A stretch of 64,000 nt of DNA from positions 704,001 to 768,000 of the forward strand of contig OY781092.1 of assembly GCA_963676615.1 (NCBI GenBank), read 5' to 3'. The notes below the pieces were generated by a model. That model ran no database searches, was not told the origin of the DNA, and worked only from the letters and a program-made list of their open reading frames with translations. Position 1 is the first letter of the stretch. The number at the start of each line of letters is the position of its first letter. The stretch comes from Candidatus Cloacimonadota bacterium. GTDB lineage: Bacteria; Cloacimonadota; Cloacimonadia; G963667145. Shown here piece by piece: positions 25,911 to 35,718 of this stretch. The position numbers were made by a program, and so were the translations under genes.

Positions 25911-26336
25911 TCAATAAACTTTTTCTTCCCAAACTGGCAAAGGAATCTCCTGATCACCTCGCCGAATATACTCTTTGCCCAAAAATTCTTGAACAACAAA
26001 CTCCAAACAAAAAACTTCCGATTCCGCCAAATGTCCACCAAAGACGCTAAAATCTTTGATCGCAACGCTAATGTGCAGATGACAAAAAATCTCGCCGTCT
26101 TTTAGGGAAATATTACCTTCCAGCGCCGCAACTTCCACAGCCTCGTCGATTTTGCGATAATGGTATCTCTCACCATCAAAATAGCCCAAAGTCACTCGCC
26201 GCAAAGCCCCAATTCCACTGACTTTTCCTAGAGCCACACCCTTTTCTCGCACAAACCGAGTAATCGCTGCCGCGGCATCTTCGCCAGCTGACACTCTTCC
26301 CACAAAAACCCTGCCAATCTTTAGCTCCTGCAACAT
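25911..26336 (-). CDS. PPC/DUF296 domain protein
   Basis: GIGAL..VTLGYF, EV..L.GNIS..DG...HLH......GGHL. Confidence 0.88.
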   Translation of the reverse strand: MLQELKIGRVFVGRVSAGEDAAAAITRFVREKGVALGKVSGIGALRRVTLGYFDGERYHYRKIDEAVEVAALEGNISLKDGEIFCHLHISVAIKDFSVFGGHLAESEVFCLEFVVQEFLGKEYIRRGDQEIPLPVWEEKVY

Positions 26337-26546
26337 TATTGCCCCCTTTAACGATTCCAAAAAAGCTAAAGCCAAAATAGAGGCGAGACCGCCCGATGTC
26401 AACTCTTAAATTCCAGCTTTTTCAATTCCGCTTTTCTCCATTATTTTAGCATAACAGCTATCCGCACAAATTCTTGAAAAAAAGTTGACACTTTATTTTC
26501 TTTTGCGACAAATGACGAAGAAAGATAATCTAAAGGAGGTTCTAGA

Positions 26547-27875
26547 ATGAAAAAATTCTTAGATCAGGTAAAAGCTAAAAATCCAGGGCAAACCGAGTTT
26601 CTACAAGCTGTAGAAGAGGTTGTCTCCACCCTTTGGGACTTTGTTGAGGAACACCCAAAATACAAAAGCCAAAAAATTTTGGAAAGAATAGTTGAGCCAG
26701 AGCGAGCCATAAGCTTTCGTGTGTCGTGGATCGACGACAAAGGCGAAATCCAAATCAATCGTGGCTACCGTATAGAGTTCAACTCTGCCATCGGACCATA
26801 CAAAGGTGGACTTCGCTTTCACCCCACTGTATCGCCAAGCATTCTTAAATTCTTGGGGTTTGAGCAAACTTTCAAAAACAGCCTAACCAGCTTGCCAATG
26901 GGCGGCGGAAAAGGCGGTTCGGACTTCGACCCAAAAGGCAAATCGGACACCGAAATTATGCGTTTTTGCCAAGCGTTTATGAGCGAACTTTTCCGTCATA
27001 TCGGACCAAACACCGATGTTCCCGCTGGCGATATTGGCGTTGGCGGAAGAGAGATTGGTTATCTTTTTGGAATGTATAAAAAACTCCGCAACGAGTTCAC
27101 AGGCGTCTTGACAGGTAAAGGTGCAAACTGGGGCGGCTCACTTATCCGTCCAGAAGCAACCGGCTTTGGCACTGTTTACTTTGCTCGTGAAATGCTCAAA
27201 GCGCATAACGACGACATCAAAGGCAAAACTGTTGCTATTTCTGGATTTGGCAATGTTGCTTGGGGCGCAGTTATGAAAGCTAGCCAATGCGGAGCCAAAG
27301 TCGTCACAATCTCTGGACCAGACGGCTACATCTTTGACGAAAACGGCATCAACACCCAAGAAAAATGGGACTATATGCTAGAGCTGCGTGCCACTTGCAA
27401 CGATGTAGTTGAGCCTTACGCCAAAAAATTCGGCGCTAAATTTATCGCAGGCAAAAAACCTTGGGAAGTAAAAGCTGACCTAGCTTTCCCTTGTGCAATT
27501 CAAAACGAACTGGATGAAAACGACGCCAAAACACTCATCGCAAACGGCGTGCAATATGTAATCGAAACATCCAATATGGGCTGCACCAACGAAGCGATAA
27601 AAGCTTTTCACGACGCCAAAATCCCAATGGCTCCAGGCAAGGCTGCCAACGCTGGCGGTGTGGCAGTATCTGGACTAGAGATGAGCCAAAACAGCCTCCG
27701 CTATAACTGGACCGAAGCCGAAGTTGACGAAAAGTTGCACACAATAATGGTCAATATTCACAGCACCTGCGCCAAATATGGCAAAGAAAACGGCTTTATC
27801 AACTACTCAAAAGGCGCCAACATCGGCGGGTTTATCAAAGTGGCTGACGCTATGATAGATCAAGGAGTTGTGTAG
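26547..27875 (+). CDS. gdhA: Glutamate dehydrogenase
   Basis: GPYKGGLRFH, PMGGGKGG, DVPAGDIGVG, RPEATG, GKAANAGGV. Confidence 0.97.
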   Translation: MKKFLDQVKAKNPGQTEFLQAVEEVVSTLWDFVEEHPKYKSQKILERIVEPERAISFRVSWIDDKGEIQINRGYRIEFNSAIGPYKGGLRFHPTVSPSILKFLGFEQTFKNSLTSLPMGGGKGGSDFDPKGKSDTEIMRFCQAFMSELFRHIGPNTDVPAGDIGVGGREIGYLFGMYKKLRNEFTGVLTGKGANWGGSLIRPEATGFGTVYFAREMLKAHNDDIKGKTVAISGFGNVAWGAVMKASQCGAKVVTISGPDGYIFDENGINTQEKWDYMLELRATCNDVVEPYAKKFGAKFIAGKKPWEVKADLAFPCAIQNELDENDAKTLIANGVQYVIETSNMGCTNEAIKAFHDAKIPMAPGKAANAGGVAVSGLEMSQNSLRYNWTEAEVDEKLHTIMVNIHSTCAKYGKENGFINYSKGANIGGFIKVADAMIDQGVV

Positions 27876-28027
27876 TTTTGCAAGCGCAAAAATATTGCAA
27901 ACAAAACACAAAAAAATAAAAAGACCTTGACACTAAAAATAAAATAAATACAAAAGGGCAAAATCAAAGGAAATCCTAAAAAGGATTAAAAAAAGAAAAA
28001 AATCAAAAAAGAAAGGAGAGAATTAGT

Positions 28028-29320
28028 ATGAAAAAACTAATCACAATCGGAATGATTGCCGTTTTCGCTTTCAGTAGCTTAATGGCATTCGAAGTTGACT
28101 GGAGCGGAACAGCTCGTGTAAGGGGCGGTATTATAAAAAATGCCGTATTCGTAGACAACGCATTTGGTGGCAAGAATATCAGCCAATTCACCAAAGACGC
28201 TAGCACAACATCTTGGAAGTCTCAAAGAATCAGAGCAACCATCACAGGTGAAGCTGACAACGGCGTAAAGTTCGTTATCCGCTCAAAATGGTCTAATGGT
28301 GACATGAGCACTGCTAGCGACAATGTTATTTTCGACCGTGCCTACATCGCTATCCCTGATGCTTTTTTGGGTGCCGATCTTAACGCTGGTCTCATCCCAG
28401 TATATGCTCATGGCGGAATGGTAGTTGACGACAACTTTCCTGGGTATTCTATAAGCAAATCTATGGGCGATATGAGCTTCGGTGCTGGTGTATTCACCTT
28501 AGACGAAACCAACAACTCTGCCGCTTCTTCTCAAACAGATATCAATGCTGACGACGATGTTCACGGCTTTATGCTTAGCTTTGCTAAAAACAATGTTGGT
28601 CCTGGCAACTTCGGTATTGATGTAATGGGTAAAACAAACTATGCTCCAGATAATACTTACAAACCAGGAAACATCTATTGGGTTTCTCCTTGGTATGTTC
28701 TTGATGGTGGCAAAGCTGGCATCGACAACTTTAGTGTTGACATTAACCCTATCTTTATGACTGCAAGCTTCGACAAAAATACTGCAGCTAAAAAGAAGGA
28801 CGGCTCTATTTTTGCTTTGAGTTTAAAACCAAACTTCACTCTTAGCTCTGGAGCTAATATTGGTGGAACTATTACTTACATCCAAGGTGTAAAAGCTGAC
28901 AAGCAAGGCGAAGATGTAACTTGGTCAAACATTAAATCTTTCTATATGAACGGACTTGAGTTCTTCGGTGCAGGCAACCCTTCTGATGGAATGCCAGGAG
29001 CTATGGGCTTGGGTAATACTTGGTCTTCTGGCTTGGGTGCTGAAGCTTATGGTTTGCAACTTATCGCTATTACTGTCGACCAACCTGTAGCTAAAGATTT
29101 GACCGCTCATGCTGCTCTTGGTTATGCTAATACTGATCAAAAAGTTGGCGACAAAACCGACCTTGGAACAGAGTTTGACCTTGGTGTTTCTTGGAAAGTA
29201 AAAGAAAATGTCTCTTGGAATATCACTGGTGTTTATGTTGCACCAGGCAAAGCTCTTGTAGGCAATGGAGATGACGACGCTTTGACTGCTCTTAACTCTT
29301 ATCTTGAGTATTCTTTCTAA
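28028..29320 (+). CDS. Probable major outer-membrane porin
   Basis: Signal peptide, W.G..R.R start, FDRAY, DLGTEFDL near the C-terminus, terminal YSF. Strongly biased codons (GCT/GGT/AAC). Confidence 0.7.
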   Translation: MKKLITIGMIAVFAFSSLMAFEVDWSGTARVRGGIIKNAVFVDNAFGGKNISQFTKDASTTSWKSQRIRATITGEADNGVKFVIRSKWSNGDMSTASDNVIFDRAYIAIPDAFLGADLNAGLIPVYAHGGMVVDDNFPGYSISKSMGDMSFGAGVFTLDETNNSAASSQTDINADDDVHGFMLSFAKNNVGPGNFGIDVMGKTNYAPDNTYKPGNIYWVSPWYVLDGGKAGIDNFSVDINPIFMTASFDKNTAAKKKDGSIFALSLKPNFTLSSGANIGGTITYIQGVKADKQGEDVTWSNIKSFYMNGLEFFGAGNPSDGMPGAMGLGNTWSSGLGAEAYGLQLIAITVDQPVAKDLTAHAALGYANTDQKVGDKTDLGTEFDLGVSWKVKENVSWNITGVYVAPGKALVGNGDDDALTALNSYLEYSF

Positions 29321-29342
29321 TCTATTTAGTCTAGGAAATTAT

Positions 29343-29376
29343 AAGGCTCTTCATTTTCAGAAGAGCCTTTTTTTTT
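29343..29376 (+). terminator. Intrinsic terminator
   Basis: AAGGCTCTTC...GAAGAGCCTT followed by a long T-run. Confidence 0.85.
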
Positions 29377-29382
29377 GGAGGG

Positions 29383-29489
29383 GGATGCCGCTTTTAGGGA
29401 GACTCTCCAGACACCTCTCGAAACCTCTCTGGCTATTTGAAGCGGGCGTCCTTTTCTGTTTCTCTTTTCGGACGACCGAAAAGGAGAAA
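29383..29489. repeat. Structured intergenic element (nested inverted repeats)
   Basis: GGATGCCGCTT/AAGCGGGCGTCC, inner CCAGA/TCTGG, then TTTCTCTTTTCGG-ACGA-CCGAAAAGGAGAAA. Confidence 0.45.
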
Positions 29490-29632
29490 ATCTGCCTGAT
29501 AAGACAAAACAATAACCTATTAACTGCTCGTGTGCTGAGCGTAGTCGAAGCGCACCAACAAAAGGCTAAACGATTGGCGTCTCGCAGAAAAAAAAGAACA
29601 GCTTAACCAAATAAAACCTCTGGTTTGAAAAA

Positions 29633-29899
29633 ATGTATTATATAAAAAATTTTAGATATATCAAAGATTATAAAATCAAAATAACTTTTAATGATAACAA
29701 AAGCAAAGTTGTTAACCTAGAAAATCATCTAAATGGCAAAATTTTTGAACCTTTGCAAGACATAAATTTTTTCTTCGCAATCTTATATATTTATTCTCTC
29801 ACCTACAAAATCGCACAATCTTCCGTAACTGCAACTCCCAAATTGCTCGCTTTCCGCTGGGAAAATATGGGAACCTTGCTTTTACAGAGAAATGATTAA
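29633..29899 (+). pseudogene. DUF2442-like antitoxin, N-terminal half recognisable, C-terminus apparently replaced
   Basis: DYKIKITFND....VNL..HL.G.IFEPL.D.NFF pattern; the expected W.NG.D.P..LY end is missing. Very AT-rich. Confidence 0.55.
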
Positions 29900-29987
29900 A
29901 AAAATTGACAAAAAAAAGTATTCCTCTTCCTTAGCGATAAGAAATAATTTGACTTTAACAAGCTACATTCTAAGAAAAGGAGATATT

Positions 29988-30266
29988 ATGTCGGCTCATA
30001 CACTAGCTTTTGACACTTTAAAATTTGCAAAAAACCTTGAAAGATATACCTTTACCACACAACAAGCAGAAGGATTAGCCGATGAGTTAAAGATAATCAT
30101 CGAAGAAAATACTGCAAGCTCAAGCGATATAGACGAGCTAGAAAAAAATCTTGCCACAAAAATAGAAATATCCGCTGCGAACACGAGAGCGGAAATAATA
30201 AAATGGGTTGTTGGTCTTCTTTTTGCGCAGTCTGCACTAATCGTGTCGGCAATAAAGTTTTTGTAG
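29988..30266 (+). CDS. DUF1640/CCDC90-like coiled-coil membrane-anchored protein
   Basis: AFDTLKFAK.L....FT..QAE, coiled coil, IIKWVVGLLFAQ C-terminal TM. AGGAG RBS. Confidence 0.8.
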   Translation: MSAHTLAFDTLKFAKNLERYTFTTQQAEGLADELKIIIEENTASSSDIDELEKNLATKIEISAANTRAEIIKWVVGLLFAQSALIVSAIKFL

Positions 30267-30343
30267 ATTAAGAAACTTCAATTTCTTTGGAGCGCAAGCG
30301 ACAAAGCCCTTGACTTCCACCCTCTTTCTTTTTATTTGCGCCA

Positions 30344-30979
30344 ATGAATAAAACACAACTATCGCTTCTGCGCAGGCTATCAAAATATCTGCTGATTTTA
30401 CGCCAAAAAGAAGATAACAACCACAAAATCGTCTCCTCGGCGGAACTTGGCATAATGAGCGACACTCACAACTCTCAGGTGCGCAGAGATTTTGGCACTA
30501 TCGGCTTGCAAAGCAGCCCTCGCGTTGGCATACACATCCGCAAAGCAATCAAGGCGATCGAAAATTTTTTGCAACTCAATCGGCTCAACCCCGCTTTTCT
30601 TGTCGGTGTCGGCAACATCGGCAAAGCTGTCCTCAAGCACGATTACCAAAATTTTGGTGTAGAAATTTTGGCAGGTTTCGACACAGATTTGAGCCTAACC
30701 AGCACGCAAATCGCAGGCGTCAAAATTTTCCCTTTGGAAAATTTCAGTCTTTTGGCAAAAAGAATGAGCGTCCACATCGGCATTATCTGCACCCCAGCAA
30801 ACCACGCCCAAAGCGTCGCCGATTTGATGATAGAAGCAAGCATAAAAGGCATCTGGAACTTTTCTCCCGCCAAACTAATCGTCCCCGCAAGCGTTACAGT
30901 GGAAAATGTCGATTTATACTCAGGCCTCGCCGTGCTTTGCAAATCGGTCACGCAAACGGCTAAAACTCTTGACACATAA
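30344..30979 (+). CDS. rex: Redox-sensing transcriptional repressor Rex
   Basis: RL..Y, VSS.ELG, QVRRD, VGVGNIGKA, IKGIWNFSP. Confidence 0.92.
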   Translation: MNKTQLSLLRRLSKYLLILRQKEDNNHKIVSSAELGIMSDTHNSQVRRDFGTIGLQSSPRVGIHIRKAIKAIENFLQLNRLNPAFLVGVGNIGKAVLKHDYQNFGVEILAGFDTDLSLTSTQIAGVKIFPLENFSLLAKRMSVHIGIICTPANHAQSVADLMIEASIKGIWNFSPAKLIVPASVTVENVDLYSGLAVLCKSVTQTAKTLDT

Positions 30980-31017
30980 GCCCTAGAATAAATTTTGCAA
31001 AAAAAAATGGACGGTAT

Positions 31018-32697
31018 ATGAATTGGAAATGCTACAGCTTGGGCTGTTTAACCTCATTTATTCTGCTAGCGCTAGCCCTGTGCGGCTTGGTGGTTCTCGC
31101 TGTTTCCGTCGTTCCCAAAATCAAAACCGACCACAAATCCGAACTAAAAGAAAAAAGCTATCTGTTGGTTGATCTTGACCGAAAATTTTTGAGCTACCAA
31201 AACTCTTCCCCTTTTGACTGGGACGACGAGCCGCCGCTTGCTTTAGATGTCTTGCAAGAAAAAATCGCACAAGCAGCACAAGACCCAAAAATCGAAGGCG
31301 TTATCGTTAAATCTGCAAAAATCACCCCGCTTAACTACGCCAAAGCCGACCAAGTCTCCAAAATTTTGCAAAATTTCAAAAGCTCTTGCGACAAAAAAGT
31401 TTTCGCCTACCTCTACTCTTGCACCGACGCCAAATTTTTGATCGCGTCCGTTGCCGACGAAATCTACCTCAACCCCTCTAGCGCCGCTGGCATCTCCTTT
31501 TTGGGAATTAACGCCAAAAAGCTATACCTAAAGCCTTTGCTCGACAAACTGGGCGTTGATGTGCGTGTCGTCCGCACAGGCAGCTACAAATCTTACGGCG
31601 AAATTTTTACCCAAAATCAGATGAGCCAAGCCGCCCAGCAAGAAACAAAAAAAGTTTACGGCGCTTTTTTTGCTCAATACCAAAATCAACTGGCAAAAAA
31701 TCTTGGCAAAAAATTAAGCTCCATTCAAAGCCTCTTTTCCAATCCTCAAAGCGTCGTTTTGAGCGGAGCAGAAGCGCTGAGCGTCATCGATTCTCTGGCT
31801 TACTACGACAACTTTTTGGCTGCAAACAAAATCAAAAATGTTGTAACTTTATCAAAATACGAACTCGGAGAAAACGAAATTTCCAGCGAAAATAAAGTCG
31901 CTATCGTTTATCTGGAAGGCTCGATAGTCTCACAAACCGAAGATTTCGGGGAAAATATAGATTTCCAAACGACCAAAAAAATCTTTGCTAAAATCGAAAA
32001 AGACAGCAGCATCAAAGCGGTCGTCGTGCGGATCAACTCTCCTGGTGGCAGCGCTCTTGCCTCGCATTTAATCGCCCAGCAAGTATTAAAGTCGGCAAAA
32101 GTTCCCGTCGTTGTGTCGATGGGCTCACTCGCCGCTTCTGGCGGTTACTACATCGCCTCCGCTGGCGACTACATTGTGGCTGAACCCTACACAATCACTG
32201 GTTCTATCGGGGTTTTAGCCATTCTGCCGAACGCAACCAAACTTGCCCAAAAAATTGGCGTAAACTACAGCGGTCTGACTTTCGGAGAGTTCGCTGGGAG
32301 CACCGACATCTTCAACCCGCAATCGCCGCAGTTAGTGTCGGCAATCCAAAAACACATCGAAAAAGTTTACCAAGAGTTTTGCGGCTGTGTCGCCAAAAAC
32401 AGAAAGATGCCCATTGCTGAAGTGAAAAAACTGGCGCAAGGGAAAATCTACACCGCCACACAAGCGAAAGAGGCAAATTTAATCGACCAAGTCGGTTATC
32501 TGGCGGACGCAGTGCAAAAGGCGAAAAGTTTGGCAAAAATTGACACCGCAAAGATTGTCACTTTCCCCAAAGAAAAAGAGTGGTGGAAAAATATTCTCAA
32601 TAACAAAATCGCCAATTTGCCTTTCGTAAAGCTGATTTTTGAGACGAACCGCACTCTTTCCACCGAAGATATGGTGCAAGCGAGGATTTGGCTGTGA
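31018..32697 (+). CDS. sppA: Signal peptide peptidase SppA (67K type)
   Basis: G.YKS..E, RINSPGGS, SMGSLAASGGYYIA, TITGSIGV. Confidence 0.92.
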   Translation: MNWKCYSLGCLTSFILLALALCGLVVLAVSVVPKIKTDHKSELKEKSYLLVDLDRKFLSYQNSSPFDWDDEPPLALDVLQEKIAQAAQDPKIEGVIVKSAKITPLNYAKADQVSKILQNFKSSCDKKVFAYLYSCTDAKFLIASVADEIYLNPSSAAGISFLGINAKKLYLKPLLDKLGVDVRVVRTGSYKSYGEIFTQNQMSQAAQQETKKVYGAFFAQYQNQLAKNLGKKLSSIQSLFSNPQSVVLSGAEALSVIDSLAYYDNFLAANKIKNVVTLSKYELGENEISSENKVAIVYLEGSIVSQTEDFGENIDFQTTKKIFAKIEKDSSIKAVVVRINSPGGSALASHLIAQQVLKSAKVPVVVSMGSLAASGGYYIASAGDYIVAEPYTITGSIGVLAILPNATKLAQKIGVNYSGLTFGEFAGSTDIFNPQSPQLVSAIQKHIEKVYQEFCGCVAKNRKMPIAEVKKLAQGKIYTATQAKEANLIDQVGYLADAVQKAKSLAKIDTAKIVTFPKEKEWWKNILNNKIANLPFVKLIFETNRTLSTEDMVQARIWL

Positions 32698-33632
32698 GAA
32701 AAATCTTTTTTGCTTTTTTGCTTGTTTGCCCGTTTTTGATATTCGCTCTAAACGAAGAGGAGTATCAAAATTTCCGCCAAACAATCGACGCTTCGCACGA
32801 ACGGAGCTACTTTGCGCCAGGTTGTTTTGGCAATGTCGGCGAGTTGATTTTTGAAGGCAGAGTGGCAGACCAATATTTCATCAACTTCCAGCGAAACGCC
32901 AACTGGGCAGCCGACGCCGAAATCAACATCACGATGAGAATGCTCAGCAAAAAATCTGTGCCAATCTATACCCCCAGCTACAATCCAGGCATCAACTTCT
33001 ACTACTTCGACGACGACGACGGAATCTACGGCGGCAACATCATCTACGCCCTAGGCTTCTACCATTTTTCCAACGGTCAAGCTGGCGATTATTACATCGA
33101 CAACGACCCCCAAAAAGGCATCAACTACAAAAACGGAAACTTTTCAACAAACTACATCACCATCAAATCTTTTTCCTTAAAAAGAGACGCCAAACGAGAC
33201 TACATCAAGAACATTTTCGGCGCAAAATTTAGCTACTATGTGATGACTTTTCACACTCAGCGCGCCGCTTTCCCAAAAGCACGACTGGATTTAAGCATAG
33301 AAAATGTGATCAGCGACTGGTATAAAGTTTGGAACCTTTTTGGTCGCAGCAAAAAAAAAGACAAGAACGGCGAAGAGATTTACACATTGAACAGAATAAA
33401 AGTAGATTTCGGATTTTTGTTCGGATATATGAAAGGTCACGAAGATTGGGACGACAAAATCACCTTTGAGACCACCTATTCATACAAACCCAGCTGGCTC
33501 GACGACTTCTCATTTTTTACCAGATATTACTACGGAAGCGACTACTACAACATCCATTTCAACCAAAAAATCTCGGAAATCACCATGGGCATAATGTCCG
33601 ACAACTTCAACTTTAGGGGCGATTATGATTAA
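32688..33632 (+). CDS. Outer-membrane phospholipase A1 (OMPLA/PldA)-like
   Basis: Signal peptide, S.P..TPSYNP, H.SNG catalytic motif (HFSNGQ), YYYG.DYYNI.F. Confidence 0.7.
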   Translation: MAVRKIFFAFLLVCPFLIFALNEEEYQNFRQTIDASHERSYFAPGCFGNVGELIFEGRVADQYFINFQRNANWAADAEINITMRMLSKKSVPIYTPSYNPGINFYYFDDDDGIYGGNIIYALGFYHFSNGQAGDYYIDNDPQKGINYKNGNFSTNYITIKSFSLKRDAKRDYIKNIFGAKFSYYVMTFHTQRAAFPKARLDLSIENVISDWYKVWNLFGRSKKKDKNGEEIYTLNRIKVDFGFLFGYMKGHEDWDDKITFETTYSYKPSWLDDFSFFTRYYYGSDYYNIHFNQKISEITMGIMSDNFNFRGDYD

Positions 33633-34962
33633 ACCTTCTACCGTTGCTGGCACTATGGAGCTTTTGCCGGCAAAACAAATGGCTTTCGATAAAATGTTAG
33701 CGACCATCAAAAATTGCTACAAAAGCTTTGGCTACACACCTTTGGAAACTCCCCTGCTGGAAAAATCGAGCGTTTTGCTCACCAAAAGTGGTGGAGAAAC
33801 CGAAAAGCAGATTTACTTCGCCGTGCCCACTGGCTCTCTTGCGACATTGCAAAGTAAGGAAACACCAAAATATGCGCTCAGATTTGACCTGACCGTGCCG
33901 CTGGCGCGCTATGTCGCCCAACACGAAAACGACTTGGTTTTCCCTTTCAAGCGGTATCAGGTGCAAAAAGTTTATCGCGGCGAATCTGCCCAAAAAGGGC
34001 GCTATCGCGAGTTTTATCAATGCGACGCCGACATCATCGGCAACGGAAGCCTGCCGATAGCTTACGACGCCGAACTAGTCACTCTTATCTACCGCATTTT
34101 CAACGAGTTACAAATCGGCAAATTCACAATTCAGATTAACAATCGCAAACTTTTTCAAGGCTTGTTTGAGAGCCTAAAAATAGACGACGCCTCTGCCCAA
34201 TTGGCTTTGCGAGAAATTGACAAACTGGACAAAATTGGCGAAGAAAAAGTCAAAAAAAACTTGGAAAAACTTTTAAACAGCCAGCAAATAGAAGCAATTT
34301 TTGCTTTTTTAGAGCTGAAAGACAGCTCAAATCCACGCAAAAATTTAGAAAATTTTGCTTGCGATAACAGCGTGTTTCTCGAGGGGAAAAAAGAGCTGCA
34401 AAAGATTTGGCAGATTTTGGACTGCTATCAGCTAGACTCCGCCTGTCTGAAGTTCAACCCTTGCATCGCCCGAGGCTTAGACTACTACACATCCACCGTT
34501 TTAGAAACTTTTTTGGACGAGCACCCACAAATCGGCAGCATCTGCTCTGGCGGCCGCTACGAAAATTTGGCGTCCCACTACACAAAATCGGCGCTGCCCG
34601 GAGTCGGCGTGTCTATCGGCTTCACCAGACTTTTTTACCTTTTGGACACTTTGGGGCTGATAAAAGACGCTGGCAGCTCGCCAGCAAAGGCGATGATCGC
34701 CTGCCTCGACGAAAAAATAACACCACAATACATCGAGCTCAGCAAAAAACTTTTGCAAAAAAATATCAGCAACTTTATCTATTGGCAACCGTCAAAACTG
34801 AAAAAACAGCTAAAATACGCCGATAAAATTGGCGTCGAGTTTTTGTTAATCGTCGGACAAGAAGAGCTAGACTCTGGCACAATCAACATCAAAAATATGC
34901 TCACTGGCGAGCAAAACAAGCTCAAAGTTGACGAAATTTTCCCAATTTTATGCTCGAAATAA
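33625..34962 (+). CDS. hisS: Histidine--tRNA ligase
   Basis: LRFDLTVPLARY, GRYREFYQCD, RGLDYY, GGRY, KKQLKYAD. Confidence 0.97.
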   Translation: MIKPSTVAGTMELLPAKQMAFDKMLATIKNCYKSFGYTPLETPLLEKSSVLLTKSGGETEKQIYFAVPTGSLATLQSKETPKYALRFDLTVPLARYVAQHENDLVFPFKRYQVQKVYRGESAQKGRYREFYQCDADIIGNGSLPIAYDAELVTLIYRIFNELQIGKFTIQINNRKLFQGLFESLKIDDASAQLALREIDKLDKIGEEKVKKNLEKLLNSQQIEAIFAFLELKDSSNPRKNLENFACDNSVFLEGKKELQKIWQILDCYQLDSACLKFNPCIARGLDYYTSTVLETFLDEHPQIGSICSGGRYENLASHYTKSALPGVGVSIGFTRLFYLLDTLGLIKDAGSSPAKAMIACLDEKITPQYIELSKKLLQKNISNFIYWQPSKLKKQLKYADKIGVEFLLIVGQEELDSGTINIKNMLTGEQNKLKVDEIFPILCSK

Positions 34963-35711
34963 AAGGTTTAGAGTTTGGTTATAAAAACAAAAAAATCTTC
35001 TTCGATCTAAATTTTTCGCTAAAATCGTCGGGACTTTTTTGCGTTGCGGGTCCAAACGGGGCAGGAAAATCGACCCTGCTGAAGCTAATAATCGGCTATC
35101 TTCGTCCTCAAAAAGGACAAATTCTCTATAATGGTAAAAATCTGCTCTGGCTATCGCCAGCTAGCAGAGCCAAAATTGCGAGTTTCGTCCCTCAAAAAAC
35201 GAATTTGGTTTTTGACCTTTCCACCTGCGAGTTTATCCTCAGCGGGTGCAACCCTTACCTTTTGCCCACGGACGGCTACAGCGATAAAGACATCGAAATT
35301 TGCCACAACATCGCCCAAAAATTGGGCATTGAAAATCTGTTGCAGCAAGATTTTTGCACGCTTTCTGCTGGAGAAGCGCAAAAAGCTCAAATCGCTAGAG
35401 TTCTGATCCAAAATACGCCAGTGCTTTTGCTGGACGAAACGCTCGCCCATCTGGATCTGAAGCATCAGCTAGAAACGCTGAAATTGTTGAAAAATCTTGC
35501 CAAAACCAAAATCGTCGTTTTGGTTTCGCACAACCTGAATTTGGCTCTGGAATATTCCAACGAGATTATTTTTTTGAAAAGCGGCAAAATCTTGCGACAA
35601 GGCGACCCAAGCCAAATCACGACCGAAGAACTTTTGCTGGGCGCCTACGATTGCAAATTAACTTTGGACAAAAACCAATATACAGGCAAGCCCCTGCTTT
35701 TGTTTCACTAG
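34950..35711 (+). CDS. ABC transporter ATPase, Fe-siderophore/cobalamin (FepC-like) class
   Basis: GPNGAGKST, VPQ, LSAGE.Q, LLLDE...HLD, SH.LNLA. Confidence 0.85.
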   Translation: MLEIKGLEFGYKNKKIFFDLNFSLKSSGLFCVAGPNGAGKSTLLKLIIGYLRPQKGQILYNGKNLLWLSPASRAKIASFVPQKTNLVFDLSTCEFILSGCNPYLLPTDGYSDKDIEICHNIAQKLGIENLLQQDFCTLSAGEAQKAQIARVLIQNTPVLLLDETLAHLDLKHQLETLKLLKNLAKTKIVVLVSHNLNLALEYSNEIIFLKSGKILRQGDPSQITTEELLLGAYDCKLTLDKNQYTGKPLLLFH

Positions 35712-35718
35712 GATTATA

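Noticed and set aside
26409..26436. Short direct repeat AATTCC(A/-)GCTTTT twice, upstream of the gdhA/DUF296 divergent promoters
   Set aside because: Only two imperfect AT-rich copies and no regulator can be assigned.
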